A DNA stretch of 248,000 nt from Andalucia godoyi And28 (taxonomy: Eukaryota; Protista; Jakobida), in the NCBI GenBank assembly GCA_009859145.1, contig VRVR01000021.1, forward strand, positions 20,001 to 268,000. Reading direction: 5' to 3'. The position numbers and the translations under genes are program-made. How positions within the stretch are numbered: the first letter of the stretch is position 1; each line of letters starts with the position of its first letter. The notes under the pieces were generated by a model. The model did not search any database. It was not told the origin of the DNA and saw only the letters and a list, made by a program, of their open reading frames with translations. Of this stretch, positions 221,046 through 233,018 are shown piece after piece.

Positions 221046-222011
221046 CTAAGTACGTCTTGTCTTGGATGCAGAAGTGGGCCGGCTGTCTGGAGATTTCTTG
221101 GACCGCGGTGGAGAAAACGAATCACGACGGGATCTGTGTGTTCTAGGGGAGTACTTCTTGGCCATGTTTTCAGAGGCATCCTCGAGGTACGAGCTCAGGG
221201 TCAGGAAGCCATTCGATTCGAGGAGCTTACCTGCGCTCTTGCATTGCTTGCCAGGTACAAACAAGTCCGCTCCTGGAGAATGCAAAGGCGAAGCAGGGCT
221301 CTTCTTCACGTAAGGGTCTCCAATGTTGCAAGACTGCCCAGCCCTGGTGAGTTGCTTCTCCACATCGGAAACACCACCTCCGGGTCTCCAAGCGTTTCGA
221401 GGCAAGTCCGCCTCTCGAGATGCATACAGATCAATAATCCGTTCCTGCACGATCATCGATCTTGTCCTTTGCAACGGTGAAATGGACCTCATAGACTGCG
221501 AGTGCGCGAACCGTGAAGACCCGTGGGCCAGCGCGGTCTCCTCGCGCGCTGGAACTGATATCTCATTTACTCCGGCAGGCAGCCCCGACGGAGATTTTGG
221601 CGACGACTTTGACTGCTGTTTTTGTGGAGAAGTACGAGGGGACACGGGAACAGATACATTCTTCAGTCCAGGAAACCGATTTGCAATTCGTGCATCATCG
221701 AACAGTTTCGGAGGGGCCGCTTTCTTCTTGGCGCACTTCTCACAGACTCGTGGGTCTCCATTGTTGTAGCAGAAACACTGGAACAATTCATCTTCCGAAA
221801 TGCTGCCCATTGCAGAAACAGGAGACTTTGGCGACATTCGTTCAACCGCCATTTCAAACCGAACAACATCTTCTAGTGCTTCCTTGTATTGCGGAAGAAT
221901 TCTCTGACGCGGTCTCAACGAATCTTCATGCGTCACAAGGTCGCTTTTCCTGCCCGTAAACCTCCCTCGCACAGAACTGTCTCGACTCACGCCAATAAAC
222001 GACGGGGACGA

Positions 222012-222014
<3 letters not shown>
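221046..222014 (-). CDS. Hypothetical S/P-rich protein
   Basis: 322-aa ORF. Confidence 0.45.
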
Positions 222015-222073
<59 letters not shown>

Positions 222074-222202
222074 GTCTGTCTCTTGTCTCTTTTTATTCTA
222101 CGTTATCCTTGTACTTTATCTATGTGCTTTGCGTATGTGTTTGTTGTCGGGTTTACTTGGGTAACAATTGAAAATTTTTGAATCTAGCTAAAAAATAAAT
222201 AA

Positions 222203-222810
222203 ATGAAAACCGTTGAATAATGACACGTCATTGTCATGCATATACGGAAGTACGAATAAACAGACACGGTCGATAGTGGCCGACACTAGCACGTTTGCTT
222301 CACAGGGAATTCGTGCTTACGCACGCTCGGCCAAAATTCAGCCGGTGACACAGGCTCCGCATTTTCGACACTCTTTAACGCAGCATCCGTAGCCATCTAT
222401 TCTATCATTCGTTGGTTTCACTTTTTTTTGGTTTCACTTTTTTAATTCGCATATGGGCGTGAGTGCGCTAGGATGACGCATTCGCCTGCGCCTACGCCGC
222501 TCGATACAGGGCCTCCTAGGTCCCGCAGACCTCCTAAGAGACCGCGTGTCACTACGCCTACCGCCTCTTCCTCTCGCATCTCCAGGTGCATCAATCGCTG
222601 CAACTGAGGACACGAAAGCGCCTGCTGCTGCTAGGGCCGTCAGCATCAAAATGCACCCTTCTCAGGAACAACGTGTCTCGCCGAGAAAGTGGCTCACAGA
222701 GTGATCGAGATTGGGAACGGAGCGCGGGACATTTATCTGAAGAACGCCGTGAGGCGTGTTGGGGCCTATCCTCTTCCCGGCAACGGGATGCATGATTGAA
222801 TATGCATGTC
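222203..222810 (+). repeat. Dispersed repeat family A, longest copy
   Basis: Matches 5775-6200 and the reverse complement of 125400-125790. Confidence 0.85.
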
Positions 222811-223154
222811 TATTCGTAGATATGCATGTTCACCGTATAATGTAGGCGAGCTTTTAAACATCAATCCTCGTTTCGAAAAGCAGCCCCGATTGCTCGGGGA
222901 AATCTGGTGGTTGTTCTTGGTTCGCGGCTCAGCCTTTGCAGCCTGTCGCTGTTGTAGTTGCAGCTGGGTCGCATGTCGACGAGTGTCAACATCATTTTGT
223001 GGAAAGGATTCAAATTCCCTCTGTTTCACTTTCGAAGAAACGAAGAAGCAAATCTGTCGGCGGACGATAGTCGGGAATATGCGGGATGAACCAAAGTCAA
223101 GCACACACGGAATAATATAGGACAAGCAGACGCGCGGGTCAAGGACAGGGACAG

Positions 223155-224258
223155 ATGCTAGACCTTGATGTTCTTGTGCAGCATGGATCGACGCAGGATG
223201 TTGAATTCCATGCAAAGTCATCGGGGCCAGAGTCATCGTTGGTGGTGTTGAAAGCCCGCATTCGGCGAGCGTGCGAAGAGGATGTTGGACCCGCATCGCA
223301 TCTTGTGCACACCGAGTTTCGCAGAGTGACGGATTTTCATCGTGGGTTTCTGGACATCACGTCGGATGAATACGCGGCAGGATTTATGGGACCGATGATC
223401 ATGGCAAGTGCAGATCGTTGCATTTGTCTGGCTGTCGAAACAGATTTTGCATCGTCTGCTGAACGGACGACGGATGGGAAGTGGGAAATGATCGCATTCA
223501 ACGGTCTTGATCTTGAAACCGACTTGTATTCTGTGGGGCCGATTGCGGTTGACAAGCGTGTTCAGGCGTTTGGAATCGGAAAGTGGCTCATGAAAACGAC
223601 TGTGGAGCTGAGTCGCCATTTGCACGCGCGCAACGCAGCTGCAGATCGCTCCTATCGATGCCGATTGACACAGGATGCGTTCAATGCGGCGACGATTTCC
223701 ATTTATGCGCAGCTGGGATTCCGCGTCGTGGAGCCGCTCGCATTTATGATTTTCGATTTAACCGCGGCCAACATCCAGAGATTGCAGACGAGGCTTGCGG
223801 CACAGCTAGGCGATGCACGATTCCGAGTGGACGATATGCAGTTGTCGGATGTGGACAGTTGCCATGAGCTTGGGATCCGTGTGTTGAGCATGCAGTTCGG
223901 TCGAATGCTGCATAGCCAACTAGCAGAGGGAAGTATTCCAGGTGCGAGCGTTGTTCGAGACGTACAGGCTGGCCAAGTACTGGGCTGGTCCACGGGAATT
224001 ACGGACATTGATAAGATCACGATTGCTGCTGATCAGTCGTCATTTCGATATCTCCTTGCACACATGGTTCTTCGTGCGTACTCTACGAAGACGGCACCGA
224101 CGCGTGCCATGATTCTCATCCAAACGCGGTTTTTGTGCGACGAGTTTGTGTGGCTGATGGACGGCGGATGGCGGACTGCGAAGCAAAACATGCAGATGGC
224201 GATTGGCGAGTACAACACTCCTCGAGGCTTTGCAACGACGGCCATTCAAGGGTACTGA
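223155..224258 (+). CDS. GNAT acetyltransferase, prokaryote-like
   Basis: GPIAVDKRVQAFGIGKWLM...LTQDAFNAATISIYAQLGF. Confidence 0.8.
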   Translation: MLDLDVLVQHGSTQDVEFHAKSSGPESSLVVLKARIRRACEEDVGPASHLVHTEFRRVTDFHRGFLDITSDEYAAGFMGPMIMASADRCICLAVETDFASSAERTTDGKWEMIAFNGLDLETDLYSVGPIAVDKRVQAFGIGKWLMKTTVELSRHLHARNAAADRSYRCRLTQDAFNAATISIYAQLGFRVVEPLAFMIFDLTAANIQRLQTRLAAQLGDARFRVDDMQLSDVDSCHELGIRVLSMQFGRMLHSQLAEGSIPGASVVRDVQAGQVLGWSTGITDIDKITIAADQSSFRYLLAHMVLRAYSTKTAPTRAMILIQTRFLCDEFVWLMDGGWRTAKQNMQMAIGEYNTPRGFATTAIQGY

Positions 224259-224378
224259 GCGGTTACGAATGCGGGGGATTTGGTGCTCGGAGAAGACGAC
224301 GACGACAGAAAGAAAGAAAGAAATAAAATGAATGAATGTGATTTACTAATACAGAAACATTGACGAATAGCGCCGAGT

Positions 224379-225674
224379 CTAGAATGAAGGTGGATTGGAC
224401 TTGATGTCATCCGCAAGTGTTGATATCGCTGCAATTGTTCCAAGGATCGCCAGCACAACACCAATGACGGTGACAGCGATGTAGTAGAATCTTTTCAAGA
224501 ACCCCAAAGTGGCGAATTCGATCTTGACGAAGAACAGCGCGGGGAAAACAAATGTCAAGAACGAGTTGAAGAGCGCCCCGATGAGAGCCAGGAGGTCGCC
224601 AAAGAACGGAACGACGACCGCAAGCACCACGCAAGTCGCAAAGACCGCCGATCGAAATGCAGTTCTCCAGAGAAAACGGTTGGCCCACGGCCTCTTTCCC
224701 TCAATGGTGAGCAGAACCGGGTTGAGGACCACCGGGCAGATGGACATGACATGTGCAGTGACCGCAGCAATTGCAATGATCGTCAAGGGAGCGCCCTTTT
224801 CCATGTTCAGCACAATCGGTGACGTCGTTTTGCTTCCATACGCGCCATATCCAATCGCAGCCACAAGTGCGTACACGGCCATGATGAAAGCGCTTGCGGA
224901 GCGCATCGACCAGCCGAACGAGTACGGATTCTTCATAGACGCCACGACCGAAGGAGCCACAGCTTGGACTCCGTACGCCAGACTGACGGATGCCATCGCC
225001 ATGGGAACTCCACGGAACTTGAATACTTCCTGACCAGAGTGGGCATCGTCTCTGCTGATGACCGATGAAGCGTCAATGACAACTGCAATGGACGCAAACA
225101 GCGATGCAAACGCCCCGAGTGCAGTCAGCCAAGGCGAGTCATGGACTTGCCGAATCCACACGGTTGGGAGAACCACTGCGCCGGAAATCATGATCCACAC
225201 CGCAGTCGAGGGCATCGTTTGCGAGCTTGAAGCAGCACTCGATGCGATTGCATGCAGATTGACGCCTGAAAGCACAAGAAACAGCGTTGCGACCGCATAT
225301 AGCGCCGTTTTGTGCACGCAAAGCACAGCGATTCTGCCGTATTTCCCGTAGGCTTTTTCGCCTATGTCCGCATAAGTAGACAGGTTGTGTTTGAGCAACA
225401 GAGCAGCAATTGCCTCGGTCGTCGAGTTGGACACAATGCACACAAGAGCCATAAGAGGAAGAGTCAGCCATCCAGCCAGCGACACCGCATAAGGAAGAGA
225501 CAAGAGACCACCGCCCATGATGATTCCAACAAGACTCACCGCCGTGCGACTTGTGGACAGATGCGCCACAGCATGAGCATCTTTCGACGGAGAAGAAGAA
225601 GACTCGGATAGCAGTGACCGCGACTCGGATAACAGCGACCGCGACTCGTAATCACTGTTGTTCGAAAGCGACAT
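224379..225674 (-). CDS. Amino acid transporter (Aa_trans/AAAP)
   Basis: MGGGLLSLPYA and about 11 TM helices. Confidence 0.9.
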   Translation of the reverse strand: MSLSNNSDYESRSLLSESRSLLSESSSSPSKDAHAVAHLSTSRTAVSLVGIIMGGGLLSLPYAVSLAGWLTLPLMALVCIVSNSTTEAIAALLLKHNLSTYADIGEKAYGKYGRIAVLCVHKTALYAVATLFLVLSGVNLHAIASSAASSSQTMPSTAVWIMISGAVVLPTVWIRQVHDSPWLTALGAFASLFASIAVVIDASSVISRDDAHSGQEVFKFRGVPMAMASVSLAYGVQAVAPSVVASMKNPYSFGWSMRSASAFIMAVYALVAAIGYGAYGSKTTSPIVLNMEKGAPLTIIAIAAVTAHVMSICPVVLNPVLLTIEGKRPWANRFLWRTAFRSAVFATCVVLAVVVPFFGDLLALIGALFNSFLTFVFPALFFVKIEFATLGFLKRFYYIAVTVIGVVLAILGTIAAISTLADDIKSNPPSF

Positions 225675-226345
225675 TTCTCAAAACCGAAAATGAAAATTAA
225701 AAAAGTAAGTGTGATTATTGTTTGATTTTCTTCTTCTTCTTCTTCTTCTTCTTCTTCTTCTTCTTCTACTTTGTTTCCTTCTTTTTCTGTGTATCTAAAT
225801 TGTAAACGACTTGTGGATGTGTGATCTATACCATTCTGTAGAAAGCTTTCGCAAAATTTAAATATGCAGCAACGGACCACTCACGACAACGATGATGCAC
225901 CGGCTGCGAGGTCTGGATTGGCGTTTGTTGTGCGGGCCTTGCGGAAGAATCAAAACAACGCCACTTTGCCCAGCTGAAAGCGTTGGATTACAGTTGGTTT
226001 GGAGGGAGACTTGGCCAACTGGAATGACACTTTTTTTTAATTAAAGTATTTCGGAATTGCGGACTGACACTGCTCATTTTTCTGGGTCTTTTATTTCTTT
226101 CGGACTGACATTGAGTACTGTACACGTCACTCACCACACACCCTTCCATGAAATTGAAGGCATGCAAATATGAATTGTCAACAGAATGCTTGTTATGTCG
226201 CCTTTTCTCACACTCTTGGCTTTTTCCCCATTCTTTCTCTGAAACTCCAGGGCTTTCTGTTGTTTGCATCCCGTCAATCTCCGCTTGCAGTAACGTGACC
226301 TCCTTTGACGAACAGCAAAACAAAACAGATAAAACAGATAGACAC

Positions 226346-226426
<81 letters not shown>

Positions 226427-226440
226427 AGAATTGAACGGAA

Positions 226441-227887
226441 ATGTCTCTCCACAACATTTCGTCTTCAAAATCGTTGAATTCTTTCGCAATTGCTGGCTCG
226501 CATGCACCGAGACCGTCGGTATCTACGGATGAACGCCTCGATTTGACGGATACCACATCGCTGTTGCAGGGGCTGCGACGCGGATTCCAGAAGTTCAGAG
226601 AAGGGTACTTTGCAGATCACGTGGATCTCTTCCGATGGCTCTCGCTCCATGGCCAGAAACCTCGAGCCATGATGATTTCTTGCTGCGACGTATGTCTCCT
226701 GCTCTTGCTGCCTTCCCCCCTCCGCTTTTTCCTCGTTTCACATTTTCCTCGTTTCATCCCATGCCGTTCAGACGATTAATGCCAATTTTCCCACCCATCT
226801 TTAACTATTCTGTCATTCCATTTTTCATTTTGTTGATGCATAGAGCCGTGCCGATCCTGGAATTATGTTTTCGTCGCCTCCTGGAGACTTGTTTGCTGTT
226901 CGAAACGTGGCAAATCTAGTTCCCACGTATGAATTCACGGATTCCGGACATCATGGAACGACTGCTGCGATTGAGTTTGCGGTGAATTTTCTCAAAGTTC
227001 GACATATCATTGTTATGGGTCACCGTATGTGTGGTGGCGTGAAGGCATTGATGGAAAATCCATGGGAGGATCAGCAAGGCCACGTGCAGCATTCGCAATC
227101 TCAGTTGGCGGGACTTGCGCCGCACACGCATCACCACCACCACAGCCATGCGCACGGATTGGGAACCAGCTACGGGCACAGCAAAGTTGGAAGGCACATC
227201 TACGCTCATGATGATACTGTACAAGCATCGCACTCCCTTATACCAAGCCCGAGCGGATCGTACGGTCATGATCTCACCGCCCTTGGGGTGCCGGAGGCCG
227301 TGCCGGAAGTTTCCATGACGTCCCCCTCTCCTTCCTCTTCGAACTTGAGTAACATTAACCCATTTTCGCTGGGTGCTGCCACGGCGCCGTCGTCACCAGC
227401 GACCAATATTGCGAATCCCAATTCGACGAGTCCACCCGGCCGGGACGTGTCGACCGCGGAATTGGCATCATTGGCCATCAATGCTGACGGCGAAAAGGAA
227501 AAGGTGTCGCCAAAAGCTGAGCTGCCGAATCATATCGCCAACTGGATGATGATTGCACAGGTGGCGAAGCAACGCACGCTAAAGAAGCATCGGATTCGAT
227601 CGCTGGACCAGGTGCCGAAGAGCGAACGCGATGCGGTCCTGTTCTCTGCGGAGCTCGAATCAGTCCGCCTTTCCATTGAGAATTTGCTCACGTTTCCGTA
227701 TGTTGCAGAAGCTGTTCGCAAAGGAGAGTTACACTTGCACGGGATGCATTTTGACTTTACGAACGGGTCCCCGATCCTTCGAGTGCTCAGGCGTGACACG
227801 GGCGAGTTTGTTAGCATCGACGAGATCGAAGAGCTGTGGAGCGATGAGGATGAATACGGAGAAACCGTGTCGCAGTTTGAATTTTGA
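226441..227887 (+). CDS. Beta-class carbonic anhydrase, one intron, long low-complexity insertion
   Basis: GQKP..MMISCCD|SR, RNVANLVP, AIEFAV, HRMCGG and NLLTFP. Confidence 0.9.
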
Positions 227888-228533
227888 TCTTTCAGGAAGA
227901 AGAAAAAGGAGAGAGAGAGAAAAGAAAAGAAAGAGTGAACATGTCTGTCAGCGTCAAATAGATAGTAGACTAAAAACCCCCGGGCGATCGTCTGTATGTG
228001 TGTGTATGTATGTGTGTGTGTGTGTGTGCATGTGTTAGTGTTTTTTTTTTTTTTTTTTTGTATGCTTGTGTCTGTGTAGGAGGAGTAAAGGAAGCAAGAA
228101 AAATGATGTGCAGAACGACGAAAATGCACCACAACGCTCTCTGGTACGCAAGACACGACTGACACGCAGTCTTTCGAGTCGACGAAGTTCGATGGAAACG
228201 CTTGGAGCCTTCTCTACCCTTTTTTGGCCGACTGATTCGTCATCCATTATCCATTATCCATCATCTCTCAAAAGACACCTTTGCTCCTCGTCTCACACGC
228301 ACTCTCTCTTTCTCTCTCTCAACTATTTGTTTTTCGCTTCCTTTCCTTGTTTGTAGTTTTCAAATTATAGTGTGTTTCGGGTTTTTAATTAATGGATTGC
228401 ACGATATATTGTACCATAGGAATTTTCTCTCTCCGTTCTATTTGAGTTTAGTTATTGTAATTTTTTCCCCCCGTAATTTTTATTTGATTGTGCGTCTTTT
228501 TCTTTTCACTCCCCTTTCACTCCTCTTGTTGAC

Positions 228534-230444
228534 ATGGCTTTGCATGTCCCGTTTGCCAAAGGAAAGAGCAAAGGAGCTGCTGATCATTGCGGTGAACAGC
228601 CCACGGATTCTGGCTCCAAGTGCGACGACGACACAGAAATTTGTGCAAAGACATCCGAGATGAACCTCGATAATAGCGAAGCAACAATGTATTCAGACGA
228701 CGATTCGTTTGACGGGGACGACGAAGAGGGGTATTCATCATCATCAGAAGACGAAGAAATATACGATGTTGATGAAGGCTTTGGTGGAATCCAGTTTGAT
228801 TCCGACTCGAGTGTCGATCACGACGACGAGAATGATGATGCTGTTTTGCAGAACGAGGTCTCGGAAATAGACAGGGTTGTGCACGCGATTTTGGATTTGG
228901 TCTCGGAGTCCGATGACTCCAATGGTCGACCTTCGTCTGTTTCTTCTCTTCGAAACTCTTCGGAATATCCGTGTGGTGCTTCGCTTACTTCTACTGCGCC
229001 GATTCCAATCAGGAGCCACGGCAATCTCACGCTGAATGGGAACGGAGCTTATGCGTATTCGTGTTCGTCGACAGACTCGAATTCCGCTCTGTTGGGGCAG
229101 TCTCCGGCAAGCACCGCAGGCTGTTCGTTCGGCCAGTCTCCTCAGCTGCCTGCGCACATCATGCGAGTTCCGAGATCCTCCTCGAAGAAGGCGCAACGAG
229201 TGCTCCAGACACACCAGCAAAAACGACGGAATTCGCATTCCTCGTCCAAAAAGAAGAAAACTAGAATCCGAAATGCAGAATTGCTGGCAAAGGAAGAAAA
229301 AGTGAGCGATGCGGCTGTGCAAGGCGCAATCCAAACAGATCCTTCTCCGGGTACGTTTCACTCAAGTGTTTATGCTAGCCGTACGTTCCTCGTTCCCGGT
229401 GTTCCGCTGGCGCTGCCACATCATCGAGGCGCGCAGCATTCAACGGCCTTGAATGCTGCGAACGCGAGGCCGGATGAAGCGGTGACCCAAGGCGAGCATG
229501 AACATTTCCAGACCCTGGTGCACATCGGACAGCCGGCGCTGTTCCATCATACAATGTCAGCGATCAGTATGTTCCCGGAGTTTCCCAATCCTCCTTTGCA
229601 TGCGCATCAGATGCGACGGACGGCATCTGAAGGCATAGGACAAAATTCGAATCCCGTTTGCTGCGTTGTATGCTATCGGGTTGCTTCCATGGCCCGGTCT
229701 TCCGGCGCGGAACGCGGACTCGGACTCGGACTCGGACACGGACACGCACCTGGGATGACGGGTCTGCGAAGTGACGCGTCTCGTGAAGTGGTGTTTGGGA
229801 ATTGGCTGTGCAAGTGCCCCGTTTGTTGGGACTGTGCTCAGCGTCATCTAACGCGTCTTCCTGTGGACAAGGGCATTCTGTACCTTACATGTGCCAAATG
229901 CAATATGCACTTATCTTTTGAAGATATTCGGAAGCTGTGCACTCGCGAGGAGCAATTGCTGTTCTCTGAAGAACTCATTTCTCGATGGACCTCTCGGGTC
230001 CGTCACGAGTCTGCTGCCAGAGGATATATGCCGCTTCTAGTGTCAGTTGTTCGCGATTCCCAATGGTCTGTCCAGAAGGGGCTGGAAATTGTCGTGTTTG
230101 ACGAAGCTTCGTCTTCGGAAGTGCACAAGTGCGCCTTCTGCTGCGTCGAAGCATGCCAGTGTACTCCCGAGAAGGACGTGCTCTTCTCTTCGTTCCACAG
230201 ACTATTTGCGAATCGTGGAGAGCGGCATCGCTTCTTTGCAATGTTCCAGGACAAAGAACACTTGTTTGTTGTTCCGCAGTCTACGAAATCGGAGGACATG
230301 ACGCAGCGAGATATTTTACGTGCTCTGACTCGTCTTGGAGTTGCCGCAACGCTCTGTGACAAGTGTCATGTGGTGGTTTCGCGAGACGAAGGATGCTCCC
230401 TTTCATCATGTCCGAGATGCGGGACAATGGTCCCCATTCACTAA
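228534..230444 (+). CDS. RING/IBR-like (RBR-related) protein
   Basis: CVVC...CPVCWDC...CAKC and C-terminal CDKC...RDEGC...CPRCG. Confidence 0.6.
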   Translation: MALHVPFAKGKSKGAADHCGEQPTDSGSKCDDDTEICAKTSEMNLDNSEATMYSDDDSFDGDDEEGYSSSSEDEEIYDVDEGFGGIQFDSDSSVDHDDENDDAVLQNEVSEIDRVVHAILDLVSESDDSNGRPSSVSSLRNSSEYPCGASLTSTAPIPIRSHGNLTLNGNGAYAYSCSSTDSNSALLGQSPASTAGCSFGQSPQLPAHIMRVPRSSSKKAQRVLQTHQQKRRNSHSSSKKKKTRIRNAELLAKEEKVSDAAVQGAIQTDPSPGTFHSSVYASRTFLVPGVPLALPHHRGAQHSTALNAANARPDEAVTQGEHEHFQTLVHIGQPALFHHTMSAISMFPEFPNPPLHAHQMRRTASEGIGQNSNPVCCVVCYRVASMARSSGAERGLGLGLGHGHAPGMTGLRSDASREVVFGNWLCKCPVCWDCAQRHLTRLPVDKGILYLTCAKCNMHLSFEDIRKLCTREEQLLFSEELISRWTSRVRHESAARGYMPLLVSVVRDSQWSVQKGLEIVVFDEASSSEVHKCAFCCVEACQCTPEKDVLFSSFHRLFANRGERHRFFAMFQDKEHLFVVPQSTKSEDMTQRDILRALTRLGVAATLCDKCHVVVSRDEGCSLSSCPRCGTMVPIH

Positions 230445-230923
230445 TTCGAAAGCCGTCATTTTTGCTTTCACGTTCGTGTGCTTCCATAAACGACTCTGTA
230501 TCATTCGTTCGTTCATTGTTGTCCAGTATTTGTTGTTGTTGTTGTTGTTCTTCTTTTTTCTTTCCCGAATCTCGATCCTTTCAACCCCCCCTTTCCCCCC
230601 CCTCCCCTCTGTCGCCTTCCTCTTCACCCGTCGTTTTTGCACGAGCAGGCATGCAATGATCGGACGCATATGTCAAAGTTTCCATGACAGGCGGGGAATT
230701 CTTTTGTTTCCATCCGAATGTTTCCGCCAATGTTCGCGACCCGACACTCGACTGGCAACCTGCATCACTATGTAGCTTTTCTTTTCGCTATATCATCATT
230801 GTTGATTTTCTTTTCTTTTCTTTCCTGTTTTATTTTATTTTATTTTATTTTTTCTTCTTTTCATGCTGAATTGGAGCAGCAAGATATAGGACAGAAAAAG
230901 GAGAAGTCGTTGGTGAGAAGAAA

Positions 230924-232435
230924 ATGGCGATGATGTTATCTTCATCTTCATCTTCATCTTCATTGTCTTCTGCGACAGTGTCCTCGACTGCTTTGGAGAC
231001 ACATCCGTCAGTCTCGCCGGTCGTGCGTTCGATTCCGCATTCTCGAACCGTTTCATTTACAAGCTCCACTTCTGAAGGCATGATTGCATCCAACCTCGCT
231101 TCTTCTTCTTCTTCTTCTTCCGCCGCTGCTTCTTCCGCTTCTTCTGCATTTCCGAAGAATGAAACGCATGTGTTAATCGATGCTTCGTCAGTGCGCCGAC
231201 GTGTGGCGAATGAGCCAGCTGCGTCCTCGGGTGGAGGTGGAGGTGGAGGTGCTGATGCTCATGTTGACGCAGATCTTGGCGACTTTTCCTTGTATTTGAA
231301 ATCAGAAGAAGAGCTCAAGTCAACTCAGAAGAACCTCCGGCAGTTCTATGCACTTCAGAATGAATACATTGCGACGATTCGACAGTGGCGAGCATCCAAG
231401 AAGTTCAGAGGGAGCACGGGTTCTCCGACTTCTGAACACGTTCCCATTCACGACCTCTCTTCTTCGGAAGAGACGGGTGAAGAAGCAGGGAATCCGTCTA
231501 GCAATGACCAGAAAATAACAGAGAATGCGAAACTTCGACGAACGGCGCAGCGTGCTCTAGTCATTTCGTTCTGGGCGAATGTTCTGCTCCTGATAATCCG
231601 TGTTGCGGCTGTGATCTTTACACCTTCGCTGTTGATGATTACTGCGGTGGTAGACGGTTCGTTGGATCTGTTGTCAGGTGCCGTGCTGTTTGTGACTTCG
231701 AAGATCATGAGTTCCAAGCACCAAGATGTCCACAACTATCCTGTAGGGGTCTCGCGGATGGAGCCTTTGGGAATTTTGATGTTTGCATGCGTCATGTTCA
231801 CCGCTTCCATTCAGATCGTGCAAGAAGGTGTGATCCGTCTTGTGACGGAATCCACTCCGGCTCCGACCGATCTGATCTCCCTCTTTCTCATCTTGTCGAA
231901 CATCGTTGTCAAGATCTTTCTGTACCTCTACTGTAGACGAGTGGCCAACCGAACAGAATCGGGATCCGTGGATGCCACTGCGGACGACCACAGAAATGAC
232001 ATTTTTACGTCTTCTGCCATTTGCGTCGGCATTGTCACTACACAATACGTTTGGTGGCTGGATGCTGTCGGGGCGATTCTGCTCGCTCTCTACATCATGT
232101 TCAACTGGGTTATGGTATCGCTGGAGAACCTGAAGACTCTTTCTGGCTCCTCTGCAGATCCTGATACCCTCAGGTTCCTCACATATGTGGCCGCAAACCA
232201 CGACTCCAGAATTATGCAAGTGGACACTGTTCGGGCATACCGGCAAGGGCCGAGGTACTGGGTGGAATGCGACATTGTGCTTCCGCCCGATATGCACTTG
232301 GTAGAAGCACATGATATTGGGGAGTCGCTGCAGCATGCTTTGGAATCCGTCAAAGATGTCGAGCGCGCTTTCGTGCATCTGGATTACGAGACTGATCATA
232401 ATCCGATGAACGAGCATCAGCGACCTCTTTTGTAA
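230924..232435 (+). CDS. Cation diffusion facilitator (Mn-CDF, MTP8/11-like)
   Basis: DGSLDLLSG, YPVG.SRMEP.G, DHRND, HDIGESLQ and VERAFVHLDYE. Confidence 0.92.
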   Translation: MAMMLSSSSSSSSLSSATVSSTALETHPSVSPVVRSIPHSRTVSFTSSTSEGMIASNLASSSSSSSAAASSASSAFPKNETHVLIDASSVRRRVANEPAASSGGGGGGGADAHVDADLGDFSLYLKSEEELKSTQKNLRQFYALQNEYIATIRQWRASKKFRGSTGSPTSEHVPIHDLSSSEETGEEAGNPSSNDQKITENAKLRRTAQRALVISFWANVLLLIIRVAAVIFTPSLLMITAVVDGSLDLLSGAVLFVTSKIMSSKHQDVHNYPVGVSRMEPLGILMFACVMFTASIQIVQEGVIRLVTESTPAPTDLISLFLILSNIVVKIFLYLYCRRVANRTESGSVDATADDHRNDIFTSSAICVGIVTTQYVWWLDAVGAILLALYIMFNWVMVSLENLKTLSGSSADPDTLRFLTYVAANHDSRIMQVDTVRAYRQGPRYWVECDIVLPPDMHLVEAHDIGESLQHALESVKDVERAFVHLDYETDHNPMNEHQRPLL

Positions 232436-232955
232436 TGTCCCCATCGTCCATCTTCTTCTTCCTCACCGTTATCACCGTGATCACCATCAGCTCATCTCAC
232501 CATTTCTTGAACGTATGTCCTAACACCACGGCGTCAAACATGATCTCTATTTGTCGGACAGCATCGCAGTGATCACGAAAATGCGCGGCGACTGCCTATG
232601 CGCGAGGCCCCCTTTTACTGTTTTCAAAACTGCATGTAAAACCGTGCCCCCTCACAAGATAGTGCAAAGACCATACTCTCTCCATGTTTTCATCACTATA
232701 TAGGCACACATTCCTCTGCAAGCTGAACTCGCTGGCGAACGACGGCCGTCCGCAAAGATTGAAAAATCCTGAAGAGAATCATTGAGTGCAGCGGTCGTAG
232801 GTCGCTTTAACGGCAGGCGCGTAAAATCGAGATTTCATTTTGATGCTTATTATGAAAAATCGTCTATGTATTTTCCAATCTTTTCTTGGTTTCATTTTTT
232901 CTTGTTTTTCAGCTCGGTTTTGTATTTCCTCAAATTGGACATTCAGTGTGTATAC

Positions 232956-232992
<37 letters not shown>

Positions 232993-233018
232993 TCAGTGTT
233001 TGTCGAAGAGTACTTTAC

